A stretch of 48,098 bases of DNA from an uncultured Gammaproteobacteria bacterium (GTDB lineage Bacteria; Patescibacteriota; Patescibacteriia; Magasanikbacterales; GWA2-37-8): contig CAZUFD010000001.1 of NCBI GenBank assembly GCA_964619625.1, forward strand, positions 138,258-186,355, given 5' to 3'. Shown in pieces: positions 18,096 through 27,100 of this stretch; position 1 is the stretch's first letter; each line of letters opens with the position of its first letter. Position numbers and translations under genes: made by a program. The notes below the pieces were generated by a model that did not search any database, had not been told where the DNA came from, and worked only from the letters and a program-made list of their open reading frames with translations.

Positions 18096-18132
18096 AAAAA
18101 CTTCCGCTCAAGAATCTGGGCGGAAGTTTTTT
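18096..18132 (+). terminator. Intrinsic terminator
   Basis: AAAAACTTCCGC..GCGGAAGTTTTTT. Confidence 0.8.
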
Positions 18133-18188
18133 GTCCACAGGCTGAAAAGTGGGTAAAATAAGCGATTTTGTGGTAAAATTAAATATAT

Positions 18189-18764
18189 ATGTCCGACCAA
18201 ACAAGCGTAACTGTCATAGACAGATTTTTGGCAAAAGTTTTTCTCCCGGTATTTCCTCGCTGGGTGCTGCCAAACCATTTAACGGCCCTGCGTTTGTTTT
18301 TGACCCCATTTGTAATTTGGCTGTTTTGGCAAGAACAATATTTAGTTGGAGGACTATTGTTTATCCTCACTTCATTTACCGACGCGCTAGATGGTGCTAT
18401 GGCTAGAACCAGAAGTCAGGTGACGGATTTTGGCAAGGTGTTTGATCCGCTGGCCGATAAAATTTTGATTTGCACGGTCGTTTACATTATGGTTTTAAAA
18501 TATGTAAACCTGTACGCGGCTTGGGTAATTATTATTTTGGAGTTTATTATATTGTCTGCCGCCTTTATTAAAAAAACCAGTGGTAGCCAAAATATCCAGT
18601 CCAATATTTGGGGCAAGATAAAAATGAATTTACAGGTATGGGGAGTGGTAATTCTCGTGCTTTCCGTGGTCTTCAATATTGAACAGCTGTTAGCCGTGTC
18701 GCAAGGCACATTTTATCTGGCGATCGCATTCGCTATTTTGAGTTTGTTTACGTATGGTATCTAA
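18189..18764 (+). CDS. pgsA: CDP-alcohol phosphatidyltransferase (PgsA-like)
   Basis: PNHLTALR, DALDGAMAR...GKVFDPLADK motif. Confidence 0.88.
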   Translation: MSDQTSVTVIDRFLAKVFLPVFPRWVLPNHLTALRLFLTPFVIWLFWQEQYLVGGLLFILTSFTDALDGAMARTRSQVTDFGKVFDPLADKILICTVVYIMVLKYVNLYAAWVIIILEFIILSAAFIKKTSGSQNIQSNIWGKIKMNLQVWGVVILVLSVVFNIEQLLAVSQGTFYLAIAFAILSLFTYGI

Positions 18765-18796
18765 GGGCAAATTAAAGCCCATTTTTAATTTTTAAT

Positions 18797-19273
18797 ATGT
18801 CAAAAATACAGGGCATTTCTTTATTCCTGTTACGCGTGGTAATGGGCTGGTTTTATTTTTATGCGGGTATTACCAAGGTGTTGAATCCGGCTTGGACTTC
18901 GGCCGGATATGTAAAGGGAGCCGCAAGCGCAACCTGGTTTTATCAATGGCTTTTAAATCCGCAGATTTTGACCGTGGTTGATTTTATGGTGAAGTGGGGC
19001 CTGACGCTGTTGGGTATATCGTTAATCCTAGGGTTGTTTGTGCGGCTTAGTTCTTACCTTGGCGCTTTGCTCATGTTTTTGTTGTATCTGCCAGTTTTAA
19101 AGTTTCCTTTAGTCGGTCCTCACGCATATATAATTGATGACCATATAATATATATAGCCGCTTTGTTTGTCTTAGCTCAATTTAGAGCTGGACATGTTTG
19201 GGGGTTGGAAACATGGTGTTCAAACTTGCCAATTTGTTCCAAGTATCCAAAATTAAGAGCTTGGTTAGGCTAA
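18797..19273 (+). CDS. DoxX/DoxD-like membrane protein
   Basis: LRVVMGWFYFYAGITK, LILGLFVR, DDHIIY. Confidence 0.8.
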   Translation: MSKIQGISLFLLRVVMGWFYFYAGITKVLNPAWTSAGYVKGAASATWFYQWLLNPQILTVVDFMVKWGLTLLGISLILGLFVRLSSYLGALLMFLLYLPVLKFPLVGPHAYIIDDHIIYIAALFVLAQFRAGHVWGLETWCSNLPICSKYPKLRAWLG

Positions 19274-19714
19274 AGAGATTTTTCTCTGATTTGAGTTTGG
19301 CTGATGTTCAATGGAAATTGAGATGATTTTATTTTTCTTAACACTGGCGTTTTGTAGCAGCCCGCTAATTTTTTCCGGCCATTCAATAATACAAACAGTA
19401 TTGTCTTTGCCTAGGTAATCTTCTACGCCAATTTCTATCAACTCTTTTTCATCTTTGAGCCTGTAGGTATCAATGTGCACCAAGGTTTTTATCTGGGATG
19501 TTTTTTTGTTGATTTGGTATACGTTCATTAAGGTAAACGTAGGGCTGGTGATTTCGCTTTTGATGCCAAAACCCTTGGCAATGCCTTTGGTAAGAGCGGT
19601 TTTGCCTGCGCCCAAGTCTCCGGATAATAACACAATATCACCACCCTGAAGTTTTTGGAATAGTTTTATGCCGAACTTTTCTGTTTCTTGTGGTGAGTTT
19701 GTGATTTTTTCCAT
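19265..19714 (-). CDS. tsaE: t6A biosynthesis ATPase
   Basis: GDLGAGKT, SPTFTL, HIDTYRL, IIEWPE. Confidence 0.95.
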   Translation of the reverse strand: MEKITNSPQETEKFGIKLFQKLQGGDIVLLSGDLGAGKTALTKGIAKGFGIKSEITSPTFTLMNVYQINKKTSQIKTLVHIDTYRLKDEKELIEIGVEDYLGKDNTVCIIEWPEKISGLLQNASVKKNKIISISIEHQPNSNQRKISLA

Positions 19715-19779
19715 AATTAAGCATGAAATAAGTGTAGCTAAATATTAATAAAAAAACTTGTTTTAGTAAAGGTTTAAAT

Positions 19780-19814
19780 AAGGGCTCCTCATGAGTTGTC
19801 TCACGGGAGCCCTT
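19780..19814 (-). terminator. Hairpin/terminator downstream of DUF1385-like gene
   Basis: AAGGGCTCC..GGAGCCCTT inverted repeat. Confidence 0.55.
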
Positions 19815-19849
19815 GGGTCTGCCGAGCTACCGGCTTCTTAAGTTTATGA

Positions 19850-20605
19850 TTATCCGTGTGCGTTGATAAGTGTTTTCAACGCCTGTTGAGCTATTTGTAA
19901 CTCCTTATCTCCTGGTTGGCGGGTGGTAATCCGTTTTTGAAGAAAGTGAGAGGCTTGGCGTGCCAAAGGAATTCGATTCCAGCTCACCAATCCATCAATC
20001 CACAGTGTGAATTCCAATGCTGCCAGAGAGGCAATAGCTGGTTGGTGCATTCCGAGTTTGTAAGCGGCGATGTTCGCAATAGCTATCAATACCAATGTTG
20101 GCAGCAGCAGCCGTCCTCCGCAATTGTCGTCTACACGATTCTGCTGTCTGATTACTTCCATATCTCTTGAGCGGTGTTTCCTGTAAGCCGCTATGGCCAT
20201 GTGTTCAGCTCCGTGCCACGGGCCGATACATTGAAAGTGGAAGTAATACCCCACCACAAGCATCCCAGTTATAACGCACCACATCAGAAAGGGATTAGTC
20301 GGAGTGTGGAATGCTGAGCCCATGAATATCTGGGTCAATACAAAGCCCAACATCACACTGCCTACGATCAATCGTCCTGATTTGGACATTGTATCAATAA
20401 GGAACAGCGCCATTCTGATCAGTTGTAGAAGTGGAACACACTTAAGCCACTTCCGTTTATACAGGAATAGTGACAAACGACCGTGTGTGATAATTTTGTG
20501 ATGGATCTTGCCGTCTTCGCGGAAGTACGCGATAACAGTCAGTTGATCCGAAAGGATGCCTACTTGGCGAAAGGCGGATCTTCCGCCAATAATGTTGATT
20601 GACAT
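19850..20605 (-). CDS. DUF1385-like membrane protein (possible metalloprotease)
   Basis: IGG.S start, HGAEH, CG and Q..ITTRQP motifs; GGAGG SD before ATG 20605. Confidence 0.72.
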   Translation of the reverse strand: MSINIIGGRSAFRQVGILSDQLTVIAYFREDGKIHHKIITHGRLSLFLYKRKWLKCVPLLQLIRMALFLIDTMSKSGRLIVGSVMLGFVLTQIFMGSAFHTPTNPFLMWCVITGMLVVGYYFHFQCIGPWHGAEHMAIAAYRKHRSRDMEVIRQQNRVDDNCGGRLLLPTLVLIAIANIAAYKLGMHQPAIASLAALEFTLWIDGLVSWNRIPLARQASHFLQKRITTRQPGDKELQIAQQALKTLINAHG

Positions 20606-20817
20606 TTGCAAACCTCCGTTAGGTGGTAGTTTCAATCTTGCTTGAACTCTTTGCCAAAGGAAAAGAAGATATATTTTTATATCCTTTTTTTCTTTGGCAA
20701 AAGGAAATTATTATTAAAGAACGATAGAATACTCTATACTAAAAAAGAGCTTTTGTCAACCGTATGTATTATGATCGACAAAGTTAATTATATTCAAAAT
20801 TTGAACATCTAGCGTTG

Positions 20818-20890
20818 TCGGGCTAGTGAGACTTGAACTCACGGCCTCAGCGTCCCGAACGCTGCGCGCTACCAACTGCGCTATAGCCCG
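20818..20890 (-). tRNA. tRNA-Pro(CGG)
   Basis: CGGGCTA/TAGCCCG acceptor, CAGCG-TTCGGGA-CGCTG anticodon arm, TTCAAGT T-loop. Confidence 0.95.
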
Positions 20891-20999
20891 TTTGAAGTGA
20901 GAGAAATAGACAGGAAAATATTTTTGATCGCTTGCGAGCTAAAAATATTTATACTGGATATTTCCGAGCGAGAATGGGCTATATCCCAGATATAGCCCG
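20882..20999 (+). repeat. Tandem-GA hairpin element at tRNA-Pro 5' end, copy 4
   Basis: TATAGCCCG at 20882-20890 and 20991-20999 with inverted GGGCTATA between; GA a GT GA GA [stem] C GA GC GA. Confidence 0.78.
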
Positions 21000-21084
21000 A
21001 TTGAGTAAGAAAACACCTCAAACATGCTAACATGCCAAAATAACCTTTTCAAGGGGCTATTTTGTTGCTGCCAGCTTAGATAGT

Positions 21085-21732
21085 TTATATTTTTTGTTTG
21101 GGAGATAGGATAGCTGCCATTTTTAACAGCAAGACTACCAGAATGATAATCGCAGCCACCAGACTGATTGGCAGCAATCCGCCCGGCCAGCCACTTGGTT
21201 TTAACCAGCCTTCAAAGCCCATAATAAATACGTGCGCTAAAACAGCGACAAGTCCGAGATAGCCCAAACGTTGGATTGCGAACCACTTTTCTTGTTCGGT
21301 TGGTTGGATTACTCCCGGAATTGAAGAGCTCGCGACGCATGTAAAAAGAAAAAAAGATAATACGCCAAAGAGCATTGATAACCCGCCCGTAAGATTAACT
21401 CTGCCGTTTTCCAAAAAGAATCTAGAATAGTAAGCCGGACTAAAAATAAGCAGAGATAATACGCCGTGAAAAGCCGATAAGCCAAACCCGGTTAGGCCAA
21501 AGAATTTGCGTGTGCCTAGAGCCGGAACAAAAATTTTTGGCCAAAATCTGGCTAAAGAGCCAAGGGCGTATGAAATGGCGATAAATATAACTGCCGCCAG
21601 CGCGATGGCCTTATTGGAAATAAAAAGCGGCAGATCAATCCAGGACACACCTCTGATGACATTGTATCTAATGATCGCGTACCCGAAAGCAATAAGTAGA
21701 ATTACCGTTGAGGACAGGACGTATTTTTTCAT
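21085..21732 (-). CDS. Ferric reductase-like (MsrQ/STEAP-type) heme-binding membrane protein
   Basis: RKFFGL.GF..S.FH, SS.P, W..IQRLGY...H; about 6 TM. Confidence 0.75.
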   Translation of the reverse strand: MKKYVLSSTVILLIAFGYAIIRYNVIRGVSWIDLPLFISNKAIALAAVIFIAISYALGSLARFWPKIFVPALGTRKFFGLTGFGLSAFHGVLSLLIFSPAYYSRFFLENGRVNLTGGLSMLFGVLSFFLFTCVASSSIPGVIQPTEQEKWFAIQRLGYLGLVAVLAHVFIMGFEGWLKPSGWPGGLLPISLVAAIIILVVLLLKMAAILSPKQKI

Positions 21733-21858
21733 ATAGAAAAAATAGAAGTTAGTAAATTAATAAATGTATGGCTATTTTATCATAACCCAAACTCCTTTTC
21801 AACAGGAGTAATCCGTGGTATAATTTAAGACATAAGTCAAAATTACTTTTTAAATTTT

Positions 21859-22893
21859 ATGTTAAAGTTGAGCGCGTATTTTAAGGAGGCTATCAAGCAA
21901 GAAGCTTCGGATTTGCATTTGGTAGGCGGGGAATTGCCAATGCTTCGGGTGGAAGGAGAATTAAAACAGCTTGACGACAAGCCGCTTAATAATAAGGAGT
22001 TGCTAGCCGAGATAAATGAACTGCTTACCAAAGAACAGCAGGAAAAATATCAGCAAGATAAGGATTTGGATATCAGTTATGCCGATGGGGAAATTCGTTT
22101 TAGAGTAAACCTGCATCAGCAAGTTGAAAATGTTGGGCTCACAGCTCGCGTGGTGCCAGCCGAAATTCCGACTCCGGAAGATTTGCATTTTGAACCGATG
22201 CTGCTGGAAATGACAAATTTGCTGGACGGCTTAGTGCTTGTTACCGGTCCAACTGGCTGCGGAAAAACCACTACCATTGCCGCTATGATTGAGGAAATAA
22301 ATAAAACTCGCAAAAGTCACATTATTACGATTGAAGATCCGATTGAATTTGTGTTTAAAGATAAGCAAAGTTTGATAGAGCAGCGCGAAGTGGGGATGGA
22401 CACGAATTCTTTTGCCAGCGCCTTAAAATATGTATTGCGCCAAGATCCAAACGTAATTTTTGTGGGGGAAATGCGCGATCCGGAAACAATCGCCACCGTA
22501 CTTACGGCCGCTGAAACCGGACATTTGGTATTTTCCACGTTGCATACGCCAACGGCTGCTGAAGCTGTAGAGCGTATCGTGGATGTCTTTGAGGGCGCGA
22601 AACAAAAGCAGGTGCTTATTCAATTGTCTTCCGTATTGCGCGGTGTGGTAGCCCAACAGCTGCTGCCAGCTAAAGACGGCGGTCGTGTACCGGCCAGAGA
22701 AATTTTGATTAATACTCCGGCTGTGGCCAATCTGATTAGAAATAACGAAGTTGGTCAAATAAAATCCGCAATTCAAACGAGCGCCAAAGACGGTATGGAA
22801 ACTATGGAAAATTCAGTTAAAAGACTGCTTAAGGAAGGCTGGATAACCGAAGAGGTGGCGGAAAACAGGGTGGGCCGAAGTAAAAAAGCTTAG
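21859..22893 (+). CDS. pilT: Type IV pilus retraction ATPase
   Basis: ASDLHL, GPTGCGKTTT, TIEDPIE, LRQDP, GEMRD, ETGHLVFSTLH, NLIR. Confidence 0.93.
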   Translation: MLKLSAYFKEAIKQEASDLHLVGGELPMLRVEGELKQLDDKPLNNKELLAEINELLTKEQQEKYQQDKDLDISYADGEIRFRVNLHQQVENVGLTARVVPAEIPTPEDLHFEPMLLEMTNLLDGLVLVTGPTGCGKTTTIAAMIEEINKTRKSHIITIEDPIEFVFKDKQSLIEQREVGMDTNSFASALKYVLRQDPNVIFVGEMRDPETIATVLTAAETGHLVFSTLHTPTAAEAVERIVDVFEGAKQKQVLIQLSSVLRGVVAQQLLPAKDGGRVPAREILINTPAVANLIRNNEVGQIKSAIQTSAKDGMETMENSVKRLLKEGWITEEVAENRVGRSKKA

Positions 22894-22916
22894 CTAGGAA
22901 TCGCAACCCTTAACCT

Positions 22917-24392
22917 ATGAATTCACTGAACAGAATATTTAAGCAAGTAGAGTCCGTATCGCAAAAAACAAAAACCCCCGCCTATGTGGTGGGTGGTTTT
23001 ATTCGTGATTTTTTGTTAGGCAAGGAATTGAAAAAAGATATAGATTTTGTGGTAGTAGGCAGCGGCTTGGAATTTGCCAAACAATTTGATGAGTTATTAA
23101 GACAGGCCGGCAGTTTAGTTGAGTTTCCGGATTTTGATACTGCCAGATATATCATGAAATTGGATTATGATACCGAATACGGTGAAGATATCGTGCTTGA
23201 ATTTGCGGGCGCCAGGGCAGAAAAGTATGATCCCAGTTCACGCAAACCGCAGGTAGAGCAAACAACCCTGGAAGAAGATCTTGCTCGGCGTGATTTTACG
23301 GTCAATGCGATGGCCGTGCCGGTCGCGGTTTTTGCGAGCGCTGTTTCTATAACACTGGCAAAATTAAAAAAAGAAATCAAGGATCCTTTTGATGGGCAAA
23401 AAGATTTAAAAAATAAAATTCTGCGCACGCCGCTTGATCCGAATAAGACATTTATAGATGATCCGCTGCGTATGATGCGGGCAATGCGATTCGCGGCGCA
23501 GCTTGATTTTGCCATTGACGCAAAAACTTTGGAATCTATCTATGCTAACCGCGAGCGGCTCAAGATTATTTCCGCGGAAAGAATTCAGGAAGAGCTGTTT
23601 AAAATGATGGCTTGTCCTAAGCCGTCTATCGCGCTGGTGCTTATGTGGCAGACCCATGTCATGGATCTGGTGTTACCGGAAGTTTCAAAGTTGGAAGGAG
23701 TGGAAGATGTGTACGGTCATCAGCATAAAGATAATTTAGTGCATACGTTTAAAGTAGTAGATAATGTGGCCGAGCGTTCGCAAAAGAGCTTGCTGCGTTT
23801 AGCCGGGCTATTTCACGATATTGGCAAGCCAGTCACCAAAAAATTAATACCCAAGATCGGTTGGACATTTCATCAGCATGAGCATGTAGGAAAAAAAATG
23901 GTCTATGGTATTTGTCGTCGGTTGCGTTTCTCAAAACACGATACCGACTATTTGGCAAAATTGGTGCGTTGGCATATGCAGCCAATTAGTTTAATGGATG
24001 ATGGAATTACCGATTCGGCCGTGCGGCGACTCGTCGTAAATCTGGGAGAAGAACTGGAGGACTTATTGATTTTAGGGCGAAGCGATATTACGAGCGGCAA
24101 TCCCTATAAGAAAGAAAAACGTTTAAAAAATTACGATCACCTGGAAGAAAAAATTGCCGAGGTGTTGGAAAGAGATAAATTACGGGCATTTCAATCTCCG
24201 GTCAGAGGCGAGGAAATCATGAAGCTTGCGGGATTAAGGCCGGGTCCAACCGTAGGAGAGATAAAAGAAGCGATTGAAGAAGCTATTTTAGACGGTGTTA
24301 TCCCCAACGATTACGAGGCTGCCAAAACATATTTCTTTACGATAAAAGACAAGTATTTAAACAAGGCTTCGGATTGGGAGAAAACAACATAA
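22917..24392 (+). CDS. cca: CCA tRNA nucleotidyltransferase (HD domain)
   Basis: VVGGFIRD, DIDF, RRDFTVNA, DDPLR, FHDIGK. Confidence 0.88.
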   Translation: MNSLNRIFKQVESVSQKTKTPAYVVGGFIRDFLLGKELKKDIDFVVVGSGLEFAKQFDELLRQAGSLVEFPDFDTARYIMKLDYDTEYGEDIVLEFAGARAEKYDPSSRKPQVEQTTLEEDLARRDFTVNAMAVPVAVFASAVSITLAKLKKEIKDPFDGQKDLKNKILRTPLDPNKTFIDDPLRMMRAMRFAAQLDFAIDAKTLESIYANRERLKIISAERIQEELFKMMACPKPSIALVLMWQTHVMDLVLPEVSKLEGVEDVYGHQHKDNLVHTFKVVDNVAERSQKSLLRLAGLFHDIGKPVTKKLIPKIGWTFHQHEHVGKKMVYGICRRLRFSKHDTDYLAKLVRWHMQPISLMDDGITDSAVRRLVVNLGEELEDLLILGRSDITSGNPYKKEKRLKNYDHLEEKIAEVLERDKLRAFQSPVRGEEIMKLAGLRPGPTVGEIKEAIEEAILDGVIPNDYEAAKTYFFTIKDKYLNKASDWEKTT

Positions 24393-24461
24393 AACAAGGT
24401 TTGACGCGGGCTGCAAAAAGGCGTAGTATGATAAGTATGAAAAATCATATTTATTAAGATT

Positions 24462-24689
24462 ATGTCAAAAGCCAAGCCCGATTTTTTTGGTAAAAATAGT
24501 ATGCGCGTTTGCGGTACCGCTGTCTTGGGAGAGCGCGGACAGATTGTCGTGCCCAAAGAAGCGCGCAGTCGCTTAAAATTAAAAAATGGCGATCAGTTTT
24601 TGGTCGTGGAACATTTTGGTAAATTAATACTTGTTCCACAAAAAATGATGCGCGATTTGCTTGCTATATTAAATAAACATCTAAAATAA
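24462..24689 (+). CDS. AbrB/MazE/SpoVT-family DNA-binding protein
   Basis: GERGQIVVPKEARSRLKLKNGD motif. Confidence 0.85.
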   Translation: MSKAKPDFFGKNSMRVCGTAVLGERGQIVVPKEARSRLKLKNGDQFLVVEHFGKLILVPQKMMRDLLAILNKHLK

Positions 24690-24693
24690 CTGT

Positions 24694-26253
24694 ATGAGCT
24701 TTTTTAAAACAAAGAAATTTTTTATTATCCTTGGTATCGCGGCGGTGGGCGGTTTGATTGCATATGGCCAAGTTAAAAAAGCCAATAAACCGCCGGAATA
24801 TGAAACCGTTACAGTTCAAAAAGGGGATTTAACTCAAACCGTGGAAGCAACCGGAAAGGTAGAGTCGCAAAGCGATCTATCTTTGCGTTTTGAAGTGCCG
24901 GGCGTGGTAGAACGAGTAAATGTCGCGGCTGGAGCCAAAGTAAAAGCCGGAGACATTTTGGCCAGCTTGAAATTGTCTGAATTAAATGCGGCTGTGGCCC
25001 AGGCGCAAGCCAACCTAAACCAAAAAATTGCCGGAGCCACGCAGGCGGAAAAGGATTATTATAAAGCCGTCCTAGATCAGGCCGCGGCTGATTTGGAAAA
25101 TAGCCAGGTAGTGGTTAATGCGTATGAAGATGTGGTTGTGGTGCTGCAAGCTTCAATAATTAAATTAGATGACGGGCTGGTACAGGCCGATAATATTTTG
25201 GGCATAGACAATGCGAGCGCTAACGATCAATTTCAATCCCTATTAGCCGTATCCGATTTAAATAAATTAAATATTGCTAATTCGCAATATTTAATTGTTA
25301 AAAATTTAGTGGCTCAAGCTAAGCTTAAAATCGTGCCGCTTACCAGTTTGAGCGCTTCTGCCGATATTGACGCAGCGTTGCTTGCGGCAATTGATGCGCT
25401 TGTGCAAATGAATCAATTGTTAATTACAGTTGGAGATGCGCTAAGCGCTTCGCAAACAGGCATTAATTTATCTCAAACTGAATTAGCTGCCAAAAAAACT
25501 ACTATAGATACGACCAGAACCTCGGTAAACACACAATTTGTGGCTGTAACCAATGCCAAGCAAACAATCGCGGATGCCAAGGTATCGCTTAAAGTAAAAG
25601 AAGCCGTATATAACCAAGCGCTCGCTAATTATAAAAATAAGAGCAATCCGGTTCGTGAAGTGGATGTGGCTGCTCTGAGAGCGGCTTTATCTCAAGCTGT
25701 AGCCAATCGTAATAAAGCGATTATTAGAGCGCCGATAGCCGGCGTGGTTACTTCTATAAGCAAGAAAGCCGGTGAATTTGCCGTTTCCAGCGAAGAAATG
25801 GTGCGAATGTTTGTGCCGCACTATGAAGTAAAAGTAGATATCCCGGAAACAGATATATCAAAATTAAAGATGGGTGATACGGCCCAAATCACGCTTGACG
25901 CGTTTGGCGATGAAACAAAATTTTCCGGCAACGTAATAAATATGGAGCCAGGCTCCACCGATATTTCCGATGTTGTGTATTATAAAGTTACGATTACTAT
26001 TAATGATTCTGATAAAGACATCAAGCCCGGTATGACCGCCAATGTAAAAATAAACACCGATTTTAGAACGTCTACTTTATCTGTGCCGCTTAGGTCTGTG
26101 CGTACCAATGATGAAGGTAAATTCGTAAAAGTTTTAAAAGACGGGCAATCTGTTGATATGAAAGTTAAATTAGGAATGCGCGCAGACAATGGCCGGGTAG
26201 AAATTCTAGAAGGTTTGGATGAAGGCACCGAAGTGATTATAAGCACAAAGTAA
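24694..26253 (+). CDS. Efflux periplasmic adaptor (MacA-like) with long helical hairpin
   Basis: TM anchor, lipoyl half-motifs (G.V.RVNV; IRAPIAGVV), KPGMTA. Confidence 0.88.
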   Translation: MSFFKTKKFFIILGIAAVGGLIAYGQVKKANKPPEYETVTVQKGDLTQTVEATGKVESQSDLSLRFEVPGVVERVNVAAGAKVKAGDILASLKLSELNAAVAQAQANLNQKIAGATQAEKDYYKAVLDQAAADLENSQVVVNAYEDVVVVLQASIIKLDDGLVQADNILGIDNASANDQFQSLLAVSDLNKLNIANSQYLIVKNLVAQAKLKIVPLTSLSASADIDAALLAAIDALVQMNQLLITVGDALSASQTGINLSQTELAAKKTTIDTTRTSVNTQFVAVTNAKQTIADAKVSLKVKEAVYNQALANYKNKSNPVREVDVAALRAALSQAVANRNKAIIRAPIAGVVTSISKKAGEFAVSSEEMVRMFVPHYEVKVDIPETDISKLKMGDTAQITLDAFGDETKFSGNVINMEPGSTDISDVVYYKVTITINDSDKDIKPGMTANVKINTDFRTSTLSVPLRSVRTNDEGKFVKVLKDGQSVDMKVKLGMRADNGRVEILEGLDEGTEVIISTK

Positions 26254-26255
26254 TT

Positions 26256-26978
26256 ATGTCTTTAATTGAAGTAAAAAATTTGACCAAGAGTTATGAAAAT
26301 GACGGTGTATCCACCTCGGTGCTTTACGGTTTGAATTTTAAAATAGAAAAGGGTGAGTTTGTAGCAATTATGGGTCCTAGCGGATCTGGCAAATCTACGC
26401 TCATGCATATTTTAGGATTTTTAGACAAGCTTAGCTCCGGCTCCTATATTTTTGATGGCAAAGATGTGAGCGGATTAACCGATGATCAGCTGGCCGAAAT
26501 GCGCAGCAACCAAGTAGGGTTTGTTTTTCAAGCGTTTAATCTATTGCCGCGCACCACTGTGCTAGAAAATGTAATGCTGCCTCTTACGTATGTAAAAATG
26601 GATCAGGCGGAGAGAATTAAAAAATCAAAAGAAGCTCTAATTGCAGTTGGTCTGGAGCATAGATTAAATCATTTTTCCAATCAATTGTCGGGTGGAGAAA
26701 AGCAGCGCGTAGCCATCGCTCGGTCGCTCGTTAATAATCCGTCCGTTATTTTTGCCGATGAGCCAACCGGCAATCTTGATTCAAAATCCGGTTTGCAGGT
26801 AATGAGAATTCTGCAAAATTTAAATGAACAGGGCCATACAATTATTTTGGTTACCCATGAAAAATATACAGCCGATCATGCCAGACGAATATTGAGAGTA
26901 AAAGACGGCTTAATTATAGAAGATGTAGAGGTGGCAAAAAGATTATTTGCCAAGGATGGAGAAGAATTAATGAAATAG
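26256..26978 (+). CDS. MacB/LolD-like ABC ATP-binding protein
   Basis: [41 protein letters not shown]. Confidence 0.93.
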   Translation: MSLIEVKNLTKSYENDGVSTSVLYGLNFKIEKGEFVAIMGPSGSGKSTLMHILGFLDKLSSGSYIFDGKDVSGLTDDQLAEMRSNQVGFVFQAFNLLPRTTVLENVMLPLTYVKMDQAERIKKSKEALIAVGLEHRLNHFSNQLSGGEKQRVAIARSLVNNPSVIFADEPTGNLDSKSGLQVMRILQNLNEQGHTIILVTHEKYTADHARRILRVKDGLIIEDVEVAKRLFAKDGEELMK

Positions 26979-26985
26979 AGCTAAA

Positions 26986-27100
26986 TAGGGGCTAAAGCCG
27001 CTACTCATTTCGATTATATGGGCTAAAGCCACATATAATCTCGCTCGCTCGAAATTAAATTAAAACATTTAATTTAATTCTCTCGCTCGCTTCGATTATG
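26986..27100 (-). repeat. Tandem-GA hairpin element, copy 5 (composite, two GGC-TAAA-GCC hairpins)
   Basis: Minus strand: ATAATC GA a GC GA GC GA [stem] GA GC GA GC GA GATTAT; TTCGATTAT direct repeat. Confidence 0.8.

Noticed and set aside
18131-18139. DnaA-box-like TTGTCCACA (similar single sites near 27 and 36195)
   Set aside because: Isolated imperfect boxes with no cluster and no dnaA nearby; not enough for oriC.
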